Shown one piece after another: positions 52,686-61,108 of a stretch of DNA of 64,000 nucleotides (position 1 is the first letter of the stretch; each line of letters begins with the position of its first letter). The DNA is from Oscillospiraceae bacterium (GTDB taxonomy: Bacteria > Bacillota > Clostridia > Oscillospirales > UBA929). The notes below the pieces were generated by a model. That model searched no databases. It worked only from the letters and a program-made list of their open reading frames with translations, and had not been told where the DNA came from. The stretch spans positions 9,254 through 73,253 of the forward strand of contig JAVBPM010000002.1 in assembly GCA_031549605.1 (NCBI GenBank), in the 5' to 3' direction. The translations under genes and the position numbers were made by a program.

Positions 52686-54221
52686 ATGCCGAGTTCGCGC
52701 CGCAGCGTTGTGTGCCTGTTGCTGAGCCTTATGCTGGTCTGTCTGTGCGGCTGCACCGAGACGCCCGTCGTTCAGGACACCGACAAATTGGGCGCCAACG
52801 ACTTTGCCAAAGACGCCATTCAATGGCTGTACAACAACGGCATTATTTCACAGCCTGAGCTGCAGCAGTTTAACGCCGGTATGCCCATTACGCCGTCCGA
52901 CTTCAGCCAGTGGCTGCAACGTGCCGAGCTGTCGACCAGCACCTTCGGCACCGCCGGTTCCATGGTCACCTGCAAGGATTTTGCCGAGTACGCCGTGTCG
53001 CTGCTCAACATGAGCAGCATTGCCTCACGTTACGGCGGCGTTGACGTCTGTCAGACCTTTAAGCTACTGCCCGAGGATATGAAGCTAACCTCTGACGCCG
53101 CCATGACGCGCGCGCAGGCCGCCTATTTTCTATGCAGTCTGAAGAGCGTACTGAAGAATAAAGCCGAGGGGCTGTACGCCTTTTACGCCATTTCGTCCTA
53201 CGACCAGCGCGACATGATTGAACAGCTGAGCGGCGTTAGCATGGGTTGGAGCCGCTTCGAGGTCACCGAGGACAGCGTCTACCTCAACACCAGCACCGAC
53301 AACGACAACGAGTACAGCATGCCCAACAGCAGCGAAGAGATTATCGAGCTGGCCGAGAGTCACAACGTGCCGTACAACCTGATGATTGCCGTCGGTGTCG
53401 GCACGGTCAACGGCATGCAAAAGGCCGAGCATCTGCTCAACACACCATCGCTGCGCGACAAGGCCATGACCGAGCTGCTCGATGTGGCACAAAACGGCGC
53501 TAAAACCAAAAACGGTGGCCGCATCCATTTCAAGGGCATCACACTGGATTTGGAGTGCATGGCCGGCGCTGAGGTGCGCGAGGCCTACAACGAGTTTGTC
53601 AAAGAGCTGCGAAACAAGCTGCCGGCCAACTACAACCTCATGATTTGCGTTCATCCGGCGCGCAGCAATGGGCGATCCTACTACAACGGCTACGACTTCA
53701 AGGTGTTGGGCGACAACAGCGACGGGCTGATTGTCATGGCGCACGACTACTACACCAAGTCGCTGTCGGAGGAGGAACAGTTAATCGGCGCGGTCAACAC
53801 GCCGCCGGCGCCCATTTACGAGCTCTACTACGCCATTAAATACGCCACCGACCCCACGACGGGCACTGACCCCAAGAAGGTATGGCTGGCGGTGTCCTTT
53901 GACAGTGTGCAGTGGCAGCTGGATGGCGGTCGCGTCAAAAACGCCACGCCCTACCACCCCACCTACGACGCCATTGCCGCGCGGCTGCCGTCGGCAACCG
54001 TCACACACGGCGACAGCGGCAACCCCAAAGCGGTGTGGGACGCTGACGGACTGAGCAACGTCATGTTCTACGAGGACACCTATTCGGTCATGCAGAAGCA
54101 GGCGCTGGCCGACGCCTTTGACATTGCCGGACTGTCGCTGTGGCGGCTGGGCTGCGTGCCCGACTTCGGTGCCGACATTGAACTGGACGTCTGGCAGTCG
54201 CTGATTAACCGCAACAAGTAA
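52686..54221 (+). CDS. Glycoside hydrolase family 18-like lipoprotein (YaaH/YdhD-like)
   Basis: Track ORF 52680..54221. ATG 52686 follows AAGGGGGG. It has the lipobox LCGCT and KGITLDLECM (a DxxDxDxE-type GH18 motif, partly degenerate). Confidence 0.7.
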   Translation: MPSSRRSVVCLLLSLMLVCLCGCTETPVVQDTDKLGANDFAKDAIQWLYNNGIISQPELQQFNAGMPITPSDFSQWLQRAELSTSTFGTAGSMVTCKDFAEYAVSLLNMSSIASRYGGVDVCQTFKLLPEDMKLTSDAAMTRAQAAYFLCSLKSVLKNKAEGLYAFYAISSYDQRDMIEQLSGVSMGWSRFEVTEDSVYLNTSTDNDNEYSMPNSSEEIIELAESHNVPYNLMIAVGVGTVNGMQKAEHLLNTPSLRDKAMTELLDVAQNGAKTKNGGRIHFKGITLDLECMAGAEVREAYNEFVKELRNKLPANYNLMICVHPARSNGRSYYNGYDFKVLGDNSDGLIVMAHDYYTKSLSEEEQLIGAVNTPPAPIYELYYAIKYATDPTTGTDPKKVWLAVSFDSVQWQLDGGRVKNATPYHPTYDAIAARLPSATVTHGDSGNPKAVWDADGLSNVMFYEDTYSVMQKQALADAFDIAGLSLWRLGCVPDFGADIELDVWQSLINRNK

Positions 54222-54276
54222 CTTACATATTAAAACGGCAGCCAACGGATGTTGGCTGCCGTTTTAATATGTAAGT
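54221..54276. terminator. Bidirectional terminator: perfect 26-bp-arm palindrome (single hairpin at a convergent junction)
   Basis: ACTTACATATTAAAACGGCAGCCAAC-GGAT-GTTGGCTGCCGTTTTAATATGTAAGT. The arms are exact reverse complements of each other. Confidence 0.7.
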
Positions 54277-54283
54277 TACTTGA

Positions 54284-56554
54284 TTACGCGCTCTCGGCTT
54301 CGGTAAACTGGCTGTTGTACAACTCGGCGTAGAAGCCCTGCTGTGCCATCAGCGCGTCGTGCGTGCCCTGCTCGATAATATTGCCGTCGCGCATGACCAA
54401 AATCAGGTCGGCGTTGCGGATGGTCGACAAGCGGTGAGCGATGATGAAGCTGGTTCGGTTTTGCATCAGTTTGTCCATCGCCTTTTGAATAAGCACCTCG
54501 GTGCGCGTGTCGACGCTGCTGGTCGCCTCGTCGAGAATCAAAATCTTGGGGTCGGACAGGAATGCACGGGCGATGGTCAGCAACTGTCGCTGGCCCTGCG
54601 AAATGTTGGCAGCGTCGTCGGTAATCATGGTGTTGTAGCCGTCAGACAGCGTGCGGATAAAGTGGTCGGCGTGTGCCATGTCGGCGGCATGCTCAACCTC
54701 TTGCAGCGTGGCTTCACCGCGTTTGCCGTAGGCGATGTTCTCCTCAATCGTGCCCGAGAACAGCCACGTGTCTTGCAGCACCATACCAAACTGATTGCGC
54801 AGTTCGTCGCGCGGCACGTCGGTGATGTCGGTGCCGTCGACGGTAATGCGGCCGCCATTGAGCTCGTAGAAGCGCATCAGCAGGTTGACGATGGTTGTCT
54901 TGCCGGCGCCCGTCGGGCCGACAATGGCCACGCGCTGACCCGGCTGAACGGTGAGTGTGATGTCCTCAATCAGCGGCTTGTCGGGCGTGTAGCGGAAGTT
55001 GACATGCTCGAAGGCAACGCGGCCCTGAAGCGGTTCGGCCAGTGTAACGCCCTTGTCGCTGTCGGGCAGCTGCTCCTCGGCGTCCAGCAGCTCAAAGACG
55101 CGCTCGGCGGAGGCGGCCGTTGACTGCAGCACGTTCATAATCGACGCCGTCTGGCCAATGGGCTGCACGAACTGACGGCTGTACTGCATCATGGCTGTGA
55201 CACTGCCCATTTTGATGTTGCCGCTGACAACCTGTAGGCCGCCGTAGACGCAGATGATGATAAAATTAAGGTTGTTGACAAAGTTCATCAGCGGCATGAC
55301 GACGCCCGACACAAACTGCGCCTTGAATGACGAGCTGGTCAGCTTTTCGTTTTCGGCCTGGAAGGTTTCAATGCTCTCCTTCTCATGGCCAAAGACGCGC
55401 ACGACGTTGTGGCCGCTGTACATCTCCTCGATGTGGCTGTTGAGCGTGCCGGTGGTTGCCCACTGCTCGCTAAAGTATTTCTGCGAACGCTTCATGATAA
55501 TGCCGACCAGCGTAAAGACCAGCGGCAGCACCACCAGGCAGATTAGGGTCATGGGAATGCTGATGGTCAGCATCATGATCAGCACGCCGATTACCGTCAG
55601 CACCGAGGTGATCATCTGCACCAAATTCTGCTGCAGCGTGGCGCTAATATTGTCGACGTCGTTGGTGACCCGGCTGAGCAACTCACCGCGCGTCTGACCG
55701 TCGTAGTAAGACAGCGGCAGGCGCGCCAGCTTGCCGTCGACCTGCTTGCGCAGCGTGTAGATGACGCCGCGGCTGATGTCGGCCATGACATACTGCTGAA
55801 TCCAGCCGAAGATGGCGGATATCAGGTAGAGCCCCAGCATAAACAGCAGCACATTGCCCAGCTTGGGAAAGTCAATCGGCTTTTTGAACAGGGCAACAAA
55901 GTCAAAGTTGTCGGGCAGCTTGAGTTCGCCCGACTGGACGTCCTGCATCACCGCGCCCACCAGTTGCTCGTTGAGCTTGAGCTGGCCCAGATTGATTTTG
56001 CCATCCTCCACGGCGTAGCCAATTTGATACTTGTCAATCAGCGGTTGGGTCAGGCCCAGCGCGCTGTAATTGACCGTGCCCAGCCCCAGGTTGGCCAGAT
56101 TGACCTTGGACAAATCAATTTGTTGCATCAGTGCGCCCATGGCCTGCTGCTGGTCGGCCGACTGTTCGGTTGTCTCGGCGTCGCCGGACAGCGTGCCGCT
56201 CAGGTCGGCAATCTCGATCTTACCCTCGTCGTTGACGGGCAGCTCCAACTGCTTGGCGGTGTCGACGGTCATACCCAGATCGGTCACAGCAATGGCCGAA
56301 GGCGGGAAAATAGCGTCGCTGATGACATTGATGCCTTTTTCCAGCACCTTGGGGCCCCACAGGTTAAAGGTAACGCTGGCAACGGCTGCCACCAGCATGA
56401 TGATGAGCTTGGTGCGCTGTGGGCGCATATAGCGCAGCAGGCGGCGCATGGAGCCCTTGAAATTGCTTGCCTTCTCTCCGCTGCCCATCATGCCGCCCAT
56501 CGGGCCGCCGCCGTGACGGCGCTGGGGTCGGTCGTGTTTCTTTGAATTGCTCAT
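54284..56554 (-). CDS. ABC transporter permease/ATP-binding protein (type IV exporter half-transporter) with enlarged first extracytoplasmic loop
   Basis: 756 aa with Walker A GPTGAGKTT, the signature ISQGQRQ and Walker B ILILDEATS. About 160 aa lie between TM1 and TM2. Confidence 0.9.
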   Translation of the reverse strand: MSNSKKHDRPQRRHGGGPMGGMMGSGEKASNFKGSMRRLLRYMRPQRTKLIIMLVAAVASVTFNLWGPKVLEKGINVISDAIFPPSAIAVTDLGMTVDTAKQLELPVNDEGKIEIADLSGTLSGDAETTEQSADQQQAMGALMQQIDLSKVNLANLGLGTVNYSALGLTQPLIDKYQIGYAVEDGKINLGQLKLNEQLVGAVMQDVQSGELKLPDNFDFVALFKKPIDFPKLGNVLLFMLGLYLISAIFGWIQQYVMADISRGVIYTLRKQVDGKLARLPLSYYDGQTRGELLSRVTNDVDNISATLQQNLVQMITSVLTVIGVLIMMLTISIPMTLICLVVLPLVFTLVGIIMKRSQKYFSEQWATTGTLNSHIEEMYSGHNVVRVFGHEKESIETFQAENEKLTSSSFKAQFVSGVVMPLMNFVNNLNFIIICVYGGLQVVSGNIKMGSVTAMMQYSRQFVQPIGQTASIMNVLQSTAASAERVFELLDAEEQLPDSDKGVTLAEPLQGRVAFEHVNFRYTPDKPLIEDITLTVQPGQRVAIVGPTGAGKTTIVNLLMRFYELNGGRITVDGTDITDVPRDELRNQFGMVLQDTWLFSGTIEENIAYGKRGEATLQEVEHAADMAHADHFIRTLSDGYNTMITDDAANISQGQRQLLTIARAFLSDPKILILDEATSSVDTRTEVLIQKAMDKLMQNRTSFIIAHRLSTIRNADLILVMRDGNIIEQGTHDALMAQQGFYAELYNSQFTEAESA

Positions 56555-58278
56555 GACGCCGCCTCCTCTTCATTCAATTGGCTGAGGGCAATCTCGCGGT
56601 AGACCGCACAATCGGTCATCAGCTGGTCGTGGGTGCCGTAGCCGACGGCGCGGCCGTCCTCCAGCACCATAATGGCGTCGGCGTGACGGATGGTGGATAC
56701 GCGCTGGGCGACAATCAGCTGTATGGCATCGGTCAAACGCGGCTTGAGCGCGGCGCGCAGCAGCGAGTCGGTCTTGAAGTCAAGCGCCGAGAAGCTGTCG
56801 TCGAAGATATAGACGTTGGTGTTGGCCACCAGCGCGCGGGCTATGGCTAGGCGTTGGCGCTGGCCGCCGCTGACGTTGGTGCCGCCCTGCGAAATTTCGG
56901 CCTCCAGACCATTTTCCATCGACTCGACAAACTCCTTGGCCTGCGCCACCTCCAGCGCTTGCCACAGCTGCTCGTCGGTGGCGTTTGGATTGCCGTAGCG
57001 CAGATTGGACGCCACCGTGCCGGAGAACAGATACGCCTTTTGCGGAATAAAGCCGATGCAACGGCGCAGCGTGTCGAGTGTCAGGTCGCGGATGTCGACG
57101 CCACCCAGCTTGATGTGGCCGCCGGTGACGTCAAAGAAGCGCGGCAGCAGGTTAATCAGCGTCGACTTACCCGAGCCGGTGCTGCCGATAAAGGCGATGG
57201 TGTCGCCCGGCTTGGCTTCAAAGCTGATGGTGTGCAGCACGTCGGATTCGGCGTTGGGATACCGGAAGCTGACATTGTCGAAGCTGACGGTAACCGGACC
57301 CTCGGGCAGTGCCACGGCGTTGGTCGGGTCAATAATCGACGGCTCGACGTCGAGCACCTCGCGGATGCGCTTGGCCGACGCAAAGGCGCGCGGCAGCATG
57401 ATGAACATCATAGTCGCCATCATGACGGCGATGAGGATTTGCATGGTGTAGGTGATAAAGGCCTGCAGATGGCCAAAGGGCATACCCACCTCGATGCGGT
57501 GTCCGCCGAACCAGATGATTAAAATGGCGGCTCCGTTGAACAAAATGGTCATAATGGGGAAAATCACAGCCATGACGCGGCCGATTTTCAAGCCGACATC
57601 GGCGTGGTCGGCGTTGGCCTTGTCAAAGCGCTCGGCCTCGTAGTCGACGCGGATAAAGGCGCGAATGACGCGCACGCCCGACAGTTTTTCACGCATGACC
57701 TGGTTGACACGATCCAGCTTCTTCTGAAACACACTGAACAGCGGCATGGCCTTGAGCATGACAATCAGCAGCGTCAGCAGCATCAGCGGCACGATAATCG
57801 CCAGCGTGACGGTCAGCTCCATGTCCTGCTGCATGGCCATAATCACGCCGCCGACCATCATGACCGGCGCGCTGAGCAGCATGCGGAAGGTCATCATAAC
57901 GCCCATCTGCACCTGCTGCACGTCGTTGGTCGTGCGCGTGATGAGACTCGGCGTGCCGAAGATGTCTAAATCCTGCTGACTGAAGCTCTCGACTTTTTCA
58001 AACACTGCGCTGCGCAGCCGCGCGCCAAAGCCCATCGACAGCTTGGAGGACAGGTAGGCGGCGGCCACCGAGCAGAGCACCACACCCAGCGCAACGGCCA
58101 GCATGATGGCGCCGTGGCGCCAGATGTAGTCGGTGTTGCGCGCCATAATGCCCTTGTCGACGATGTCGGAGTTTAAGGTCGGCAGCATGAGGTCGGCAAG
58201 GCTTTGCAGCACGACAAACACCAAACAGCCAATCATTTCCCACTTAAAGGGTTTGAGATACGGTAGTACTTTCTTCAT
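56551..58278 (-). CDS. ABC transporter permease/ATP-binding protein (heterodimer partner)
   Basis: 575 aa with Walker A GSTGSGKST, the signature VSGGQRQR and Walker B VYIFDDSFS. It overlaps the downstream gene by 4 nt. Confidence 0.9.
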   Translation of the reverse strand: MKKVLPYLKPFKWEMIGCLVFVVLQSLADLMLPTLNSDIVDKGIMARNTDYIWRHGAIMLAVALGVVLCSVAAAYLSSKLSMGFGARLRSAVFEKVESFSQQDLDIFGTPSLITRTTNDVQQVQMGVMMTFRMLLSAPVMMVGGVIMAMQQDMELTVTLAIIVPLMLLTLLIVMLKAMPLFSVFQKKLDRVNQVMREKLSGVRVIRAFIRVDYEAERFDKANADHADVGLKIGRVMAVIFPIMTILFNGAAILIIWFGGHRIEVGMPFGHLQAFITYTMQILIAVMMATMMFIMLPRAFASAKRIREVLDVEPSIIDPTNAVALPEGPVTVSFDNVSFRYPNAESDVLHTISFEAKPGDTIAFIGSTGSGKSTLINLLPRFFDVTGGHIKLGGVDIRDLTLDTLRRCIGFIPQKAYLFSGTVASNLRYGNPNATDEQLWQALEVAQAKEFVESMENGLEAEISQGGTNVSGGQRQRLAIARALVANTNVYIFDDSFSALDFKTDSLLRAALKPRLTDAIQLIVAQRVSTIRHADAIMVLEDGRAVGYGTHDQLMTDCAVYREIALSQLNEEEAAS

Positions 58279-58284
58279 ACGCGT

Positions 58285-58794
58285 TTACGCTCCTTGTGTT
58301 GGGTTGGTGTCGCGGCACTGCTCCAGCGCCGCGTCCATGCTCTGTTCTAAATCCTGCAGTAGCGACAGCAGCTGCTGGCTCTTGGGCTCGCCAAACAGCT
58401 GAAATGTCAGCGTGAGATAGCGCTCAATGGCCTTGTGCCGCTCGTCAAGCGCGCGCTGCCCCTCATCGGTCAGCGATAGCCGCACGTTGCGGTTGTCCTG
58501 CTCGTCGCGGATGCGCTCAATCCAATGCTGCGCCTCAATGCGCTTGAGCATCGGTGACAGCGTCGCGGGCTGTATGTGCAGCTGCTCGGCCAGCTGCCGC
58601 TGGGTCAGACCCGGCTGGCGACCGATAAAATACAGACACCGTCCCTGCCCGTGGAAGCTGCCCTCGCGTCCACCGTTAAGCAGTGCCATGTGCCGGTGCT
58701 GCTGCCGCATCAAGCCGCCGATATGGGTATAGAGTTCCCGCACGACCGGTACATCAAACGGCGGCCCCGCGCGCTCTTCGTGGGTGTGAAACAC
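58285..58794 (-). CDS. MarR family transcriptional regulator
   Basis: Track ORF 58285..58836. Start set to GTG 58794, 4 nt after AGGAGGGAG. It has a winged HTH (LTQRQLAEQLHIQPATLSPMLKRIEAQHWIERIRDEQDNRNVRLSLTDEG). Confidence 0.8.
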   Translation of the reverse strand: MFHTHEERAGPPFDVPVVRELYTHIGGLMRQQHRHMALLNGGREGSFHGQGRCLYFIGRQPGLTQRQLAEQLHIQPATLSPMLKRIEAQHWIERIRDEQDNRNVRLSLTDEGQRALDERHKAIERYLTLTFQLFGEPKSQQLLSLLQDLEQSMDAALEQCRDTNPTQGA

Positions 58795-58815
58795 GTGTCT
58801 CCCTCCTGACGTAAA

Positions 58816-58881
58816 AACAGTTAGCCCCCTAATCATTTAAGAAGCTAACTGTTAGTATACTACGTTTCGCGCATTTTACAA
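58816..58881 (-). promoter_or_regulatory. Candidate marR-ABC operon promoter with inverted-repeat operator
   Basis: On the minus strand: TTGTAA (58881-58876), a 16-nt spacer, then TATACT (58859-58854). The 10-bp arms AACAGTTAGC (58816-58825) and GCTAACTGTT (58844-58853) are exact inverted repeats. The palindrome CTAACTGTTAG (58845-58855) overlaps the -10. Confidence 0.5.
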
Positions 58882-58916
58882 GAGGGCATTTGTGAACATT
58901 GTGTAAATTGGCACGG

Positions 58917-59780
58917 TTATTTTTGGGCAGTTTCCATAAACCCCTTGGCCACCTTGAGCTGCCCGTCGGCGACAAGCCCGACCATCAGAAACGTACTGTC
59001 CAACGCATAGACGCGCACGCGGCCATCGGGTGTGGCGGGCACGGGAACAGCAGCGCCGTTGCGCAGTTTCTGCACGGCACGGTCGTCGACGGTCAGCGGC
59101 GGCAGATGGCCGTATACGCTGTCGGTCGGCAACAGCGGCGGCTTTTCGGCTTGCTGCCACTGCTCCAGCGTGTGCGCCTGCTGAAGCGTATAGCCGCAGG
59201 CCGCCGTGCGGCGCAGCGCCGCCAACGTGGCGTAGCAGCCTAACGCCTCGCCGATGTCGTGGCAGAGCGTGCGCACATAGGTGCCGCCTGAACAGGCGAC
59301 GTCAAGCACTGCCTCGTCGGCTGAAAAGTCAAGTAGCTGCAAGCGCTCGATGACGATGTCGCGCGCCGGGCGCTCGATGTCTTTGCCTGCGCGCGCCGCC
59401 TTGTACAGCCGCTGTCCGTTGATTTTGACAGCCGAATACATGGGCGGTATCTGCTTAAGCGCACCGGTAAAGCGAGGCAGCAAATCAAGCAACTGTTGCC
59501 GTGTCGGGCGCAAGTCGCTGGTGGCCAGTGTCGTGCCGGTGATGTCTTGTGTGTCGGTTTGCAGGCCAAACCGCACGGTGGCCGTGTAGGCCTTGCCGTC
59601 GGGCAGGTCCTCCAGCGCGCGCGTCGCCTTTCCGACCAATAACGGCAGCACGCCGGTGGCCATAGGGTCGAGTGTGCCGGCGTGACCTATGGCTCGCGTG
59701 CCTAGAATGCCGCGCATCTTGGCCACGACGTCGTGGCTGGTCCAGCCCTGCGGCTTATCAACGACGGCTATACCTTGCAT
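58917..59780 (-). CDS. truB: tRNA pseudouridine(55) synthase
   Basis: Track ORF 58917..59894. The real start is ATG 59780 (MQGIAVVDKPQGWTSHDVV...GHAGTLDPMATG). Confidence 0.92.
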   Translation of the reverse strand: MQGIAVVDKPQGWTSHDVVAKMRGILGTRAIGHAGTLDPMATGVLPLLVGKATRALEDLPDGKAYTATVRFGLQTDTQDITGTTLATSDLRPTRQQLLDLLPRFTGALKQIPPMYSAVKINGQRLYKAARAGKDIERPARDIVIERLQLLDFSADEAVLDVACSGGTYVRTLCHDIGEALGCYATLAALRRTAACGYTLQQAHTLEQWQQAEKPPLLPTDSVYGHLPPLTVDDRAVQKLRNGAAVPVPATPDGRVRVYALDSTFLMVGLVADGQLKVAKGFMETAQK

Positions 59781-60709
59781 GACGGGTACAGTGTGCCGAC
59801 GGCGTCGAGCAGCAAGAGCCGCGCCGCGGTCAAATCGGTCTCTATTGTACAGCCAGCCGCCTGACGATGACCGCCGCCACCGAACAGCGCGCAAATGGCC
59901 GACGCGTCGCAGTCGGGCAGCGTCCGCACCGACACCTTGACCACGCCTTGTTTTTCTTTTAGGAATATCCCGATGTGAACGCCCTCGACAATGCGCGTCA
60001 GTGCCGACAGCGCGTCGGTGTCGGCCTCGGCGGCTCCGGCGGCGTCCATCATGGCCTGCGTCAGCGTCATGACGGCGACCTTGCCGTCGGCCAGCAGCTC
60101 CATGCCTGACAGCACGGCCTGCTCAAGGGCGATGCGGACGGGTGACTTCTGCTCGAAGAAAAGGTGGTTGACTCGCGCGGCGTCAAAGCATGTCTCCATC
60201 AGTGCCGCCGCCACCTGGTGGGTGTGCGGCGTGGTGTTGCCAAACTTAAAGCAGCCGGTGTCGGTCGACACGGCGATATACAGCGGCTCGGCCAGCGCGG
60301 GCGTCAGCGCCACACCCAGCGGCGCCAGCAGTTCATAGATAATCTCACCGCACGAGGCGCGTTCCAGCACACAGGTGTGCTCGGCATAGGGCTTGTGCGA
60401 CACGTGGTGGTCAATGGCCAGCTGCACCTGTGACGGCGCGCCGTCGGCCAGCCGCTCACCAGCGGCGGTGTCGACGGACACGACGAACTCGGGCGCAAAG
60501 TCGGTCTTCGCCAGCAGCGGCATCACATAGGGCTGCAGCTCGCGGCTAAGGTCATTGACCGGGGCGACAAACGCCGTTTTGCCCAGCGCGCGCAGCGCCA
60601 AACAGAGCGCCACCGCGCTGCCGGCGCAGTCGCCGTCGGGGCTGACGTGCATACACACCAGCAGGTTGTCGGCCGCTGTCAGACGAGCCGCCACCTCATT
60701 CAGCGTCAT
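59768..60709 (-). CDS. nrnA: DHH/DHHA1 family bifunctional oligoribonuclease / pAp phosphatase
   Basis: 313 aa with HVSPDGDCAGS, an AIDHHVSH (DHH) motif and a C-terminal GGGHRQAAG (DHHA1). Confidence 0.85.
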   Translation of the reverse strand: MTLNEVAARLTAADNLLVCMHVSPDGDCAGSAVALCLALRALGKTAFVAPVNDLSRELQPYVMPLLAKTDFAPEFVVSVDTAAGERLADGAPSQVQLAIDHHVSHKPYAEHTCVLERASCGEIIYELLAPLGVALTPALAEPLYIAVSTDTGCFKFGNTTPHTHQVAAALMETCFDAARVNHLFFEQKSPVRIALEQAVLSGMELLADGKVAVMTLTQAMMDAAGAAEADTDALSALTRIVEGVHIGIFLKEKQGVVKVSVRTLPDCDASAICALFGGGGHRQAAGCTIETDLTAARLLLLDAVGTLYPSCKV

Positions 60710-61058
60710 AGCGCTCCTCCTTGCCCATGTCGGACAGCATATTGCTGATTTTGGCGCCGTGGGCCAGCGAGTCGTCGAGAATAAAGGTCAGCTCGGGTGT
60801 GTGGTGCATGATAACGGCCTTACCCAACTCGCGGCGCAGGTGACCGGCCGCGCTGGTCAACCCCTTGACAACCTGCTTGCCGCCGTCGGCGGCGCCCAGC
60901 ACGCTGACGTAGATTTTGGCGTGGCGAAAATCACGGCTGACGTCGGCGTGTGTCAGCGTGTAGAAGGCGTCCAGACGAGGGTCCTTGAGCGAGCGCGTCA
61001 GGCTTGACAACGCTTGCAGCACCTGCTGGTTGATTTGATCGCTGCGTGTATCGGACAT
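60696..61058 (-). CDS. rbfA: Ribosome-binding factor A
   Basis: Track ORF 60696..61091. Start is ATG 61058. The KDPRL...THADVSRDFRHAKIYVSVLG region is RbfA-like. Confidence 0.9.
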   Translation of the reverse strand: MSDTRSDQINQQVLQALSSLTRSLKDPRLDAFYTLTHADVSRDFRHAKIYVSVLGAADGGKQVVKGLTSAAGHLRRELGKAVIMHHTPELTFILDDSLAHGAKISNMLSDMGKEERYDAE

Positions 61059-61108
61059 AATGGCCTCCTTAGTGACGTTCGGGGCGCACAACGTGCGCCC
61101 CGATTTAT

